From assembly GCA_044222065.1 (NCBI GenBank), contig JBGAOA010000027.1, positions 1-52,551 of the forward strand: a stretch of DNA of 52,551 nt, read 5' to 3'. Shown here one piece after another: positions 11,201-18,991 of the stretch (the stretch's first letter is position 1; every line of letters begins with the position of its first letter). A program made the translations under genes and the position numbers. The DNA comes from Candidatus Eiseniibacteriota bacterium (lineage in GTDB: Bacteria > Eisenbacteria > RBG-16-71-46). Under the pieces are notes generated by a model. The model worked only from the letters and a program-made list of their open reading frames with translations. It did not search any database and was not told where the DNA came from.

Positions 11201-13274
11201 GGAGTGGCTCGAGCTGGGCCGGGCGCAATTCGCGCGCGAGGCGTGGGGCGACGCGCGCGAGGCGTTCGAGCGCGCGCGGCCGGAAGGCGCAGTGCTCGGC
11301 CCGACGATCGTCGCGATCGCTCGCGTGTTCTCCTCGCGCGTGCGCCTGCGGCAGCGCGACGCACTCGGCGCGCGCGCGGAACTCGATGCGGCGCGCGCCG
11401 TGCTCGAGCACGTGCGCTCGCCGTATGCCGAGGCCTTCGCGCTCCTCGCGGAAGCCGAGATCGCGTTCGCGGACAACCGCCCGGCGGCCGCGTTCGAGAA
11501 CGGCCGCCTCGCGATGGCGGCGTTCGAGTCCCTGCCCGCTCCGTGGGAGCGCGCGCGCGCGGCGCTCGACCTCGCGAAGCTCGCGCCGAACGTGCCGGGG
11601 CTCTCCGAGGCCGTGGTCGAGTGGCTCGAGTCGGCCGCGCGCGGCTTCGAGCGGGTCGGCGACCGGCGCAGCCGCGTCGAGGCGCTCGCTCGCTCGCTCG
11701 AATGGCTGCGCCGCTCGGGGCAGCCGTCGGCCTCGGCGCGCGACACGGGGCTGCTCGAGCGCGTGAGCTGGCTGCTGCACTCGCTCACGGACCTCGGGGA
11801 ACTCCTGCGCCGCTCGATGCGCGCCGTCGTCGAACAGCTCGACGCCGAGCGCGGCGTGCTGCTGCTCGTGGATCGAGACACCGGCCAGCTCGAGCCCATG
11901 GCGGAGTTCGGCGCCGTCGAGGCCGCCATGCGCAGCGAGGCGACGACGTACAGCCGCCAGATCGTGCGCGACGTGGCGCACACCGGGGGCAGCCTGCTCA
12001 TCACCGACGCGCCGTCCGATCCGCGCGCCGCGTCCGAGAGCATCGCGAGCCTGCGGCTCCGCTCGATCCTCGCGGTGCCGATGTTCCTCGGCGGCCGCAC
12101 GGTCGGCGCGGTGTACCTGGACGACTCGCGCCGCGCGCACGCGTTCGGCGAATCCGATCGCGGTCTGCTCGAGGGTTTCGCCCAGCTCATGGCCGTCGCG
12201 ATCGAAAAGAGCCGCGGCCACGAGGAGGTGCGGCGCGAGAACGAGATGCTCGAGGGCGAAAACCGCTCGCTACGCGCCGAGATCAACGCGCGAGTGCGCG
12301 TGAAGGGCGTGATCGGCACGAGCGACGCGATGCAGAAGGTGCTGTCGCTCGTCGAACACGCGGCGCGCACGAACGCGACCGTGCTCATCACCGGGGAAAT
12401 GGGAACGGGGAAGGACCTGATCGCGCGCACTCTGCACCACCAGGGCAAGCGCCGCCGCGGGCCCTTCGTGTACGTGAACTGCGGCGCGATCCCCGAGGCG
12501 CTGCTCGAGAGCGAGCTGTTCGGCATCCTGTCGAACGTCGCGACCGGCGTCACGGCGCGTGTCGGCAAGTTCGTCCAGGCGGACGGCGGAACGCTGTTCC
12601 TGGACGAGATCGGCACGATGCCGCCGAAGCAGCAGGTCGCGCTGCTCGCGGCGATCTCGAACCGCGAGATCACGCCGGTGGGCGGCCAGCGCCCGATCGC
12701 CGTGGACGTTCGCATCATCGCGGCGACGAACAGCGACCTGCGCCAGCTCGTGGACCGGGGACTGTTCCGCCAGGATCTGTTCTACCGCCTCAACGTGATC
12801 GAGATCGCGCTGCCGCCGCTGCGCGAGCGCAAGGGCGACGTTCCGGCGCTCGTCGAGCACTTCGTTCGGCACTTCGAGAAGCAGCAGGATCGCGAGAATC
12901 TCGTCCTCTCTCCGGACTTCCTCGCCGTGATGATGCACAGCGACTGGCCCGGGAACGTGCGCGAGCTGCAGAACTACATCGAGCGCACGATCGCGATGTC
13001 GCCGGGCGAGGTGCTGCGTCCCGAGCCGCCGCCGCGCGATCTCGAGCAACGGAGCAGCAGCCTGCGGTTCGACGCGAAGCGCCGGCTGCTCGAGGCGCTC
13101 TCCGAAGTCGAGCGCCGGATGATCCAGCGGGCGCTCGATCACGCCGACGGGAATCAGAGCCGCGCGGCCCGCGAGCTCGGCATCGCCGAGCAGACGCTGC
13201 GATACCGAATGAAGAAGCTCGGGATCGGAACGTCGCGCGAAAAACGGCGAATTCGCAACAAACTGCGAATCTAG
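8202..13274 (+). CDS. Ser/Thr kinase - STAND-type ATPase - TPR-like - GAF - sigma54 AAA+ activator - Fis HTH fusion
   Basis: Kinase: LGSGGMG, HGDLKPTN, DFG, YAAPE. ATPase: GEAGVGKT, LDDAE, GHP. GAF: LRSILAVPM. AAA+: GEMGTGKD, ESELFG, LFLDE, RQDLFYRLN, WPGNVREL. HTH: GNQSRAARELGI. Confidence 0.93.
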   Translation: MKHRFAGRYQFLRRLGSGGMGVVYLAYDVTTRSQCAVKRLPARAVEGGAAALRREFEALARLRHPAIVGVREFAVTPEGEPYLVLEFVPGLSADAVVARGDWRRVAEVGIEMAHGLEALHAAGVVHGDLKPTNVIVVADTDPAARFASVRLLDFGLAALLGGAGETHRGTAGYAAPEMVLGEPPTPASDLYGLGATMCALLLGEPPFPGADAAARLRAQREGPPERHRLEGFGAPEPFLDLVLALLAPSASDRPESARAARLEIERVVPGSRRDLGERFGAAVVVGRDRDLVRLEARLALAPRAPRLALVRGEAGVGKTAFLGALVARAILAGRATLSLSCQASSERGAVARAVARLLYDRVPAEKRASADAGVALLDPAAPLDDAALEPAVHATMRWAGAALDVRGLLVTLDDAEALDPWSGAWLRRLLLQAKPPAIRWVLAARGEAATEADVLLDAGRGIGVTLDVLAPAEVEALVGARLHAPPPRELLEFLARHAAGHPGFTVELLRAAARAGAIVETEAGITVHAARLSEVGGAGDFEQRLLERLDALDPSGRATVDALALAGEALAPEALRALEPRADDALPSLVANGLVTRAASGVLLLRGATVAEWLRERIAPDRAAALHRVRLEAPGIAATHRVRHALALGETALALEAAEAAFALDPDGPLALTAAAAARSADASLAARWYVRAAQSFRARGRYDKVRDPIEHALALDPAAPSRASLWVLLSTSALRVGDLEGVLDVVRRAESEALPASAHAQLLVNRASALQSLGRGDAGSVDSNRAMGLAEESKDPVAIGLASERLSYEHLERGALDAAERLQRRMAEAYLSIRDPFGMAAALSLESRIAQSRGRTDEAERLLVEAIGLVRTTPNRLALGTRLRQLGELRVNTGRWGAADEPELEALRIALEDRFDTEAAILSGHLAVSDGLRGRGRRARRRARAALRLSARAAPGNLGYARRALAQAERVLGRRAAALRAASRALADPTPAWPEERQWEWLELGRAQFAREAWGDAREAFERARPEGAVLGPTIVAIARVFSSRVRLRQRDALGARAELDAARAVLEHVRSPYAEAFALLAEAEIAFADNRPAAAFENGRLAMAAFESLPAPWERARAALDLAKLAPNVPGLSEAVVEWLESAARGFERVGDRRSRVEALARSLEWLRRSGQPSASARDTGLLERVSWLLHSLTDLGELLRRSMRAVVEQLDAERGVLLLVDRDTGQLEPMAEFGAVEAAMRSEATTYSRQIVRDVAHTGGSLLITDAPSDPRAASESIASLRLRSILAVPMFLGGRTVGAVYLDDSRRAHAFGESDRGLLEGFAQLMAVAIEKSRGHEEVRRENEMLEGENRSLRAEINARVRVKGVIGTSDAMQKVLSLVEHAARTNATVLITGEMGTGKDLIARTLHHQGKRRRGPFVYVNCGAIPEALLESELFGILSNVATGVTARVGKFVQADGGTLFLDEIGTMPPKQQVALLAAISNREITPVGGQRPIAVDVRIIAATNSDLRQLVDRGLFRQDLFYRLNVIEIALPPLRERKGDVPALVEHFVRHFEKQQDRENLVLSPDFLAVMMHSDWPGNVRELQNYIERTIAMSPGEVLRPEPPPRDLEQRSSSLRFDAKRRLLEALSEVERRMIQRALDHADGNQSRAARELGIAEQTLRYRMKKLGIGTSREKRRIRNKLRI

Positions 13275-13340
13275 GCTTTTCTAGAGCCCCTGCCCGAATT
13301 AGGCTGTGCGCGTGACTTCCGCGCGCAGATTTTTGCGAAT
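13236..13340 (+). promoter_or_regulatory. candidate upstream activating sequences (CGCA-N6-TGCG)
   Basis: ATTCGCA-acaaac-TGCGAAT at 13251-13270 and CGCA-gatttt-TGCGAAT at 13324-13340, plus a degenerate copy at 13236-13252. Confidence 0.55.
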
Positions 13341-13437
13341 TCTCGGGTCAGAGCCCCCGCCGAACTGCCGGCCTGTTCGCGCCGCAATGGACTGCGCCGC
13401 AGACCGTTACGCGCCAGTGCCTGCCTCCGTCTCCCAG

Positions 13438-13452
13438 CGGCACATTCCTCGC
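13438..13452 (+). promoter_or_regulatory. sigma54 -24/-12 promoter
   Basis: CGGCAC-ATTCC-TCGC gives GG-N10-GC and resembles the consensus TGGCAC-N5-TTGC. It lies about 50 nt upstream of an ATG with a GGAG RBS. Confidence 0.65.
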
Positions 13453-13504
13453 CCTGCAAGGTGCACAGCCCTTGATGTTCACCCTTCGCAGAGTGGAGTG
13501 CGCC

Positions 13505-13789
13505 ATGAACCGTCGCCGCAGCGGAATCACCCTCGCCCTCGCCGTCCTCGCCCTCGCGGCCCTGGGATTGGCCTCGAATTCTCAGGCTCAAGGGGGTCAG
13601 CCGAACTCGACCGGCGGCACCCGCGCCATTCAGGCCCCCGTCCTGACTCCCGCGCCGATTTCCACCGGCTGGAGCCTGCCGAGCTGGGCGAGCGTCCAGA
13701 ACTTCAGGGTGTGGAATGGCGCCACGCTGGCCAAGTCTCCGGCGTTCGCTGCGAAGTCGCGATCGCAGGATCGCCGCTTCACGCGCTGA
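13505..13789 (+). CDS. small secreted protein or peptide precursor (94 aa)
   Basis: GGAG RBS; signal peptide MNRRRSGITLALAVLALAALGLASNSQA. Confidence 0.75.
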   Translation: MNRRRSGITLALAVLALAALGLASNSQAQGGQPNSTGGTRAIQAPVLTPAPISTGWSLPSWASVQNFRVWNGATLAKSPAFAAKSRSQDRRFTR

Positions 13790-14347
13790 GTGACTCGACG
13801 AATGCCCCCCTCGTTCGTCGATTCGGCGTCACCCGCACCGTTCGGACCGAAAGAACGCCCCGCGCTCGCCGCGCTCCAGCGGCGCGGGCTCGTCAACGCG
13901 CTCGTCGTCGGTGGAGACGAATCGGCTCGACTGGACATCGTCGAACGTTTCCACCGCGCGAGCGCGGTGTCGTCCGGGCCGATCGTGCGACTCGACTGTT
14001 CGCACGAGGAAGACCGGCTCATCGCCGCGATGCACTCCTGGCTCGGTCTCTCGAGCGCAGGGCCCGGCGGCAATTCCCTGTGGCCCGCGGTGCACGGAAC
14101 GCTGTTCCTCGACGACGTGCTCGCGCTCTCGCTCGAATCCCAGCGCCTGCTCGAAACCTGTCTCGAACGGCGCCAGGACGGCTCGATCACAACCGGGATG
14201 TTCGGCCGGCTGATCGCTGGCTGCCCGGTCGATCCGGCGCACGCCGTCCAGTACGGACACTTCTCGGCGGCGCTGCTCGACAGTCTCGACAAGGCGCGGG
14301 TGACGCTCGGAGCCGTATCCGGGCGGCGCACCGCGCACCTCCCATGA
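13790..14347 (+). CDS. degenerate stand-alone sigma54-activator AAA+-like protein
   Basis: GTLFLDDVLALSLESQRLL, RLIAG and GHFSAALLDSL resemble a bEBP core. There is no Walker A lysine, GAFTGA or HTH. Start could be 13802. Confidence 0.7.
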   Translation: MTRRMPPSFVDSASPAPFGPKERPALAALQRRGLVNALVVGGDESARLDIVERFHRASAVSSGPIVRLDCSHEEDRLIAAMHSWLGLSSAGPGGNSLWPAVHGTLFLDDVLALSLESQRLLETCLERRQDGSITTGMFGRLIAGCPVDPAHAVQYGHFSAALLDSLDKARVTLGAVSGRRTAHLP

Positions 14348-14426
14348 AGCGTTCTCCCCCATCACGACCTTCGCGGCCCGAGTGCCTGCGACCCCACGCC
14401 CCGAGGCGGGCGTGGACCGGAGGAAC

Positions 14427-15809
14427 ATGTCCACCCTGATCTGCATCGACGGCGACTCCGAGCGACTCGCTTCGCTGGAGGACGCGCTGCGCTCCTTCGG
14501 CCACGAGACGACCGCCGTGCGCGAGTTGCGCGAGGCGTACTACCTGCTCGAACGACACCGCGCGGACATGGTCCTCGCCGATCTCGATGCGCTCGCGCCC
14601 GAGGCCGATGTGGCGATCGAGCGAATGCAGGCGCTCGATCCGGACCTTCCGGTCGTCCTGATCGTCGAGCCGGGACGCGGCCGCGAGTTCCTGACCCGAG
14701 AAGGCGTGGATCGGATCGAGCGGCCCGCTTCGGCGGACGCCCTGCGGTTCGTGATCGAACACGCCTTGCGCACCGCGCGGTTGAGGCGCGAGAACCGCGA
14801 CTACCGCGAGCGGCTCGCGCGACTCGAGTCCGCGCCGGCCGTCGTCGGGCGCAGCCCCGCGCTGCTCGAGGCGCTCGCAACGCTCGACGCCGTGGCGCCG
14901 ACGCCCGTTCCCGTCCTCATCGAGGGCGAGTGGGGCACGGGGAAGACCCTGTTCGCGCGCGCCCTGCACGCGCGCAGCGCCCGTGCCGGAGGTCCGTTCG
15001 TCGAGTTGTCGTGCGCCGCGCACTCGAGCACCCAGCTCGAGCGCGAGCTGTTCGGCTACGAACGCGGCGCGTTTGCCGGCGCCGCGGAGCGCCGTATCGG
15101 CGCGCTCGAACGCGCCCACGGCGGGACGCTGCTGATCTCCGAAATCCCCGAATTGCGCCTCGATCAGCAGGCGCGGCTGCTGCGCGCGCTGCGCGACCAG
15201 GAGTTCGAGCGCCTCGGCGGCGACTACACGATTCGCGCCGACGTGCGCGTCGTCGCGACGACGAGCCTCAGTCTGCCGGTCGAGGTGTCGGCCGGCGGCT
15301 TCCGCGGCGACCTGTACGAGCACTTCCAGTCCGCGACGATCCACCTGCCGCCGCTGCGCGAGCGCCCCGAAGACGTGGAGCGGCTGGCGCGTCACTTCGC
15401 TGCGAAGACCGCGGGGCAGGTCGGCGTGCGCGAGCCCGAGCTGCTGCCCGAGACGCTCGCCGCGCTGGCACGGCACGACTGGCCCGGAAACGTGCGCGAA
15501 CTCGAGAGCGCGATCGCGCGCGCGGTCTCGCTATCGCGCGCGGCGACGCTCGCGCCGGGGGACGTGCTGCCGTTTCGCTCCGACGCGGCGGTGATGGCGC
15601 ACGTGCGCCCGCCGCTCTCGACCGTGTCGGCCGGACCGTCCGCCGCGGATGCATTCAACCTCGAGAGCATCCGCTGGGCGACGATCCAGCGCGCGCTGCG
15701 CGCGACGCAGGGGAACCGCGTGAAGGCGGCGAAACTGCTCGGCATCACCGACCGCACGCTGCGCAACCTGCTCAACCGCCCGAGGAACCGCGCGCGGCAC
15801 TCGGGGTGA
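14427..15809 (+). CDS. NtrC-like sigma54 regulator (REC-AAA+-HTH) with atypical motifs
   Basis: GGAGG RBS; receiver-like N-terminus; GEWGTGKT, GAFAGA, LLISE, WPGNVREL and GNRVKAAKLLGI. Confidence 0.9.
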   Translation: MSTLICIDGDSERLASLEDALRSFGHETTAVRELREAYYLLERHRADMVLADLDALAPEADVAIERMQALDPDLPVVLIVEPGRGREFLTREGVDRIERPASADALRFVIEHALRTARLRRENRDYRERLARLESAPAVVGRSPALLEALATLDAVAPTPVPVLIEGEWGTGKTLFARALHARSARAGGPFVELSCAAHSSTQLERELFGYERGAFAGAAERRIGALERAHGGTLLISEIPELRLDQQARLLRALRDQEFERLGGDYTIRADVRVVATTSLSLPVEVSAGGFRGDLYEHFQSATIHLPPLRERPEDVERLARHFAAKTAGQVGVREPELLPETLAALARHDWPGNVRELESAIARAVSLSRAATLAPGDVLPFRSDAAVMAHVRPPLSTVSAGPSAADAFNLESIRWATIQRALRATQGNRVKAAKLLGITDRTLRNLLNRPRNRARHSG

Positions 15810-15905
15810 GGGGGGGCGGAGCATCGTCCCACGGAGGCGAGGGAAGCCTCGGGGGCATAGAGGAGTCGGCTCGGACGGTGGGACCAGAAACAGGAGGTGC
15901 GCAAC

Positions 15906-16892
15906 GTGCATGCTCGCTCGAAGCAGTCGTCACGCTGGCTGTGGGTGGCGGTCCGATCGCTCGCCGCGCTCTTCGCGAGTTTCGTCGTCACCGGCGTCAT
16001 GGCCGACGGCTCGTTCGCGTACCGAACTCCCTGCAATTGCACGCAGTCCGATTGCGAATGCTGCTGGCAGCGCGGTGGCGCCTGCTGGGGCATCTGTGTG
16101 CCGTGGGGTCATTGCCACTGCACGGTGCCGGCAGATGCCAACGCCGTCATGGCCGCAGTCCCCGCGCCGCCCGGGGCGCTCATGGACACGACGTTCAGGG
16201 TCCTGCGGGTCGGCCCGGTCAATTCGGATTTCGGTGTCACCACTCGACTCGAGGGCGGCGCTTCGAGCTGTCCGAGCCCGGGCGATTCGACTCAGTTCGG
16301 CTTCATCCTCTCGAATCCGGATTCCGGGGGTGCGCTCGGGCTGGGCGCGCGTATCACGGCGACGGCCTTCGCGGCGATCGGAGGAGTCGACAGCACCCTG
16401 TTCGTGACGACGACGACCTCCAAGGTCGGCGCCGGGCGCTACGAAGTACTCACGCAGAGCCCACCGAGCGGCGCTTCTGCGCTCGTCGTCCAGGTCTACT
16501 GGGGCGGGGGATCTTCGGGATCGACCCTGATCGCGAATGGCGGGCTCCTGTCCTGCACGGATTGGCCGTCCGTCGTCCACACTCGCCGCGGAGTCGAACT
16601 CGAATTCTCGAGCGACACGACGACGCTTCGAACCGCTTCCGGGGCGACGTTCGTGGGTGACCGCGTGCTCATCAGCGTTCCGGACTTCGCGACGGCGCGA
16701 CGGCTCGTTCGCGCGGATCTCGAGGGGCGAAACTTGGACTCGTTCCTGATCGTCGACGCGCGCTTCGACTCCGCAACGGCGCCGTCAACGACGAGAGCGA
16801 GTCGATGGGCGCTGGTGGCCGGCCTTCTCGCCGTGGGCGTCGTCTACACGCTGGGCCGCACCGTGCGGCCGCGAACGCGACCGTCGGTCTAG
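15906..16892 (+). CDS. exported protein with Cys-rich N-terminal module and C-terminal membrane anchor
   Basis: AGGAGG RBS; signal peptide; 9 Cys in 30 aa; C-terminal hydrophobic helix followed by a basic tail. Confidence 0.8.
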   Translation: MHARSKQSSRWLWVAVRSLAALFASFVVTGVMADGSFAYRTPCNCTQSDCECCWQRGGACWGICVPWGHCHCTVPADANAVMAAVPAPPGALMDTTFRVLRVGPVNSDFGVTTRLEGGASSCPSPGDSTQFGFILSNPDSGGALGLGARITATAFAAIGGVDSTLFVTTTTSKVGAGRYEVLTQSPPSGASALVVQVYWGGGSSGSTLIANGGLLSCTDWPSVVHTRRGVELEFSSDTTTLRTASGATFVGDRVLISVPDFATARRLVRADLEGRNLDSFLIVDARFDSATAPSTTRASRWALVAGLLAVGVVYTLGRTVRPRTRPSV

Positions 16893-16920
16893 GCTTCAAG
16901 TCCGCCGCAGTCGCTCCAAG

Positions 16921-17614
16921 GCGCCGCCCGGTGCGGGCCCGCTATCGGCCGTCGTCTACTGCGAGCTTGCCGACACGCTGGATCTAGCGATCTCCGCGAA
17001 CGACATCCATCTCTCGACGGACTCCCCGCAGCCCGGCGACTCCCCTGACGGTCTACGCCACGGTGCACAACAACAGCTCGAAGGCGGCGGTGGGCGTCGC
17101 GGTGGAGATTCGCGATCTCCGGACCGGTGCGCTTCTGGGCGTTAGAACGGTCGATCTGGCGGCCGCAAGCACCGCCACCGTTCAGGTCCCGTGGGTCACG
17201 GTGGCGCCGGATTCGCACGAAGTGCAGGTTCACGTGAGTCCGCACGCCTTGGATGAGAGCAACTTCGCGAACAACACGGCCTCACGTGTGATCGTACTCG
17301 GCTCGCTCGTGGGCGTGGATCGAGAAGGGGCGCCCTCTCGGCTTCGTTTCGATCCGCCGTTCCCCAACCCAACGTCGCGGGGCGTGGCCTTCTCCTTCGC
17401 CGTGCCGCAGGAATGCGCAGGGGCACTGGATGTCTACGACATCCTCGGTCGTCACGTGCGAGGCTGGCGCTGGGAGAACCTCACACCGGGGAGCCACTCC
17501 GTGGAATGGAACGGACGCGACTTGTCGGGTCATCGGCTCAGCCCGGGCGTCTACCTTTGCCGGCTCAAGGTCGGCGAGGAGCCACTCCGGCGGAGGGTCA
17601 TCCTGCAGCAGTAG
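16921..17614 (+). pseudogene. 5'-truncated, frameshifted CARDB + FlgD-Ig remnant of a secreted protein
   Basis: DLAISANDIHLSTDSPQPGDS (from 16981) continues as LTVYATVHN only after skipping one C at 17042-17045. DESNFANN and PNP...WNGRD motifs are present. No start codon or signal peptide. Confidence 0.8.
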
Positions 17615-17637
17615 ATTCGCCGTGCGGCGAGGTGCCA

Positions 17638-18057
17638 ATGACGTTCTTCCGAAGGACATGCGTCGCAGCACTCCTGTTCGGACTTGTGTCAACATCGGTC
17701 TGGTGGCCGCTTTTCGACTGGACGATTGCCCGCAGGCAGTTGTTGCTCACGATCTTGCTGACTCCGGTCGTGTGGTGGCTGGTGGTTGGACGGGTGCCCA
17801 GGCCACGCCTTTGGCGGGGCGCGCTTGGCGGCGCATTGGCAGGCCTCGTGTCTCAGACCGCCGACCTCGTCCGCGACGTCTTTGGAGTCGTGTCTCGACG
17901 CGGGACGATTCACGGAGTGGAGGGCTTCGCGGCGATGGCGGTGCTCGCCACTCTTCTACTTACCGGCTTCTTGGCGACGGCCGGGGGGGCCCTGGTGGGC
18001 CTCATCGCCCTCGGCGTTCAGCGAGCCATCGACGGCGACGTCACCATTTCCTGGTGA
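17638..18057 (+). CDS. small multi-TM membrane protein ending DGDVTISW
   Basis: GAGG RBS; about four hydrophobic segments; a paralogous remnant lies downstream. Confidence 0.8.
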   Translation: MTFFRRTCVAALLFGLVSTSVWWPLFDWTIARRQLLLTILLTPVVWWLVVGRVPRPRLWRGALGGALAGLVSQTADLVRDVFGVVSRRGTIHGVEGFAAMAVLATLLLTGFLATAGGALVGLIALGVQRAIDGDVTISW

Positions 18058-18192
18058 AGCTGGCGTTCGCCCGCTCTCGGTCTTCTGCTCATCGGATTCT
18101 GGCGCGGCGGAAGCGTTGCGGCGTTGCAGCAGACTCTCGGACATGCGAGCGCTATCACGATGCAGCCGTACGTTCGGCCAGGCGATGACGCG

Positions 18193-18525
18193 ATGAGACC
18201 GGAAGCGCGCCGCCTTCGCGAGAGGTGGCACGGCATGCCGACGAAGGTGAAGGCTGTTGGCCTGGCGCTGGTCGTCGCCGCGGCGCACTGGGTGCTTGCG
18301 GTCATGGCCTTCTTCTCAGTACTCGCGGGGGAAGTCGGCGGACACCCACCTTGGTGGGCGGACGTGCTCGGACGAGTGTGGTTTCAACTGGGGTTCCCGG
18401 CCACCTTCATCATCGGAAGATGGACGCCAAGCCTGATGGAGTTGGCGAACGGAGCGACGATGGCAATCACTGCGGGATCGAGTCTGCTCTGGGGCGTGAC
18501 GATCACCGCGCTCTGGCTCTGGTAG
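18193..18525 (+). CDS. small membrane protein
   Basis: Hydrophobic segments; start position uncertain. Confidence 0.6.
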   Translation: MRPEARRLRERWHGMPTKVKAVGLALVVAAAHWVLAVMAFFSVLAGEVGGHPPWWADVLGRVWFQLGFPATFIIGRWTPSLMELANGATMAITAGSSLLWGVTITALWLW

Positions 18526-18581
18526 CGTTCACGCCGTCGGTCGTCCAAAGCGGAGCGTTCCGCGCGAAAGGGTGGATTCCG

Positions 18582-18662
18582 ATGAAGGCGACAATCCTGT
18601 GCGCCGTGGTCGCAGGAGTGACCTTCGCGCTTGCCGGGACATCGCCTGCGTCCGAGGAGTGA
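18582..18662 (+). pseudogene. signal-peptide-only gene stub
   Basis: MKATILCAVVAGVTFALAGTSPASEE followed by a stop. Confidence 0.5.
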
Positions 18663-18686
18663 GTTTCTGAAGCGGAGCACCCAATC

Positions 18687-18890
18687 GGGACCCCGAACAG
18701 CATCACGATCGTCGTCGCACTTGTTTCGGACCGCGAGTCGTCTCGTGGAGAGGGTGGGCTCGTTACGCTGGCCGTGCTCGCCCTCATCGTGCTGATCGGC
18801 TTCTGGTCAACGGTCTTCGGAGCACTCGTTGGCCTCATCGCGCTCTCCGTTCAGCGCATCATTGACGGCGATGTCACGATCTCCTGGTGA
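18687..18890 (+). pseudogene. 5'-truncated paralog of the 17638-18057 gene
   Basis: Ungapped alignment over the last 67 aa, ending GALVGLIALSVQRIIDGDVTISW versus GALVGLIALGVQRAIDGDVTISW. No start codon. Confidence 0.85.
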
Positions 18891-18991
18891 GCTTCCCCGA
18901 CTATGCGGCCGCGCTCCTCGATTGAGCTCGAAGCACGCGCGTTCGCAACGGCGTCGGCGCAATGCACTCGACCTCCGCTGATTCGTCACGC

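Noticed and set aside
18660..18662. In-frame TGA between the signal-peptide stub and the membrane remnant as selenocysteine or readthrough
   Set aside because: No redox motif or evident SECIS; a deletion junction is simpler.
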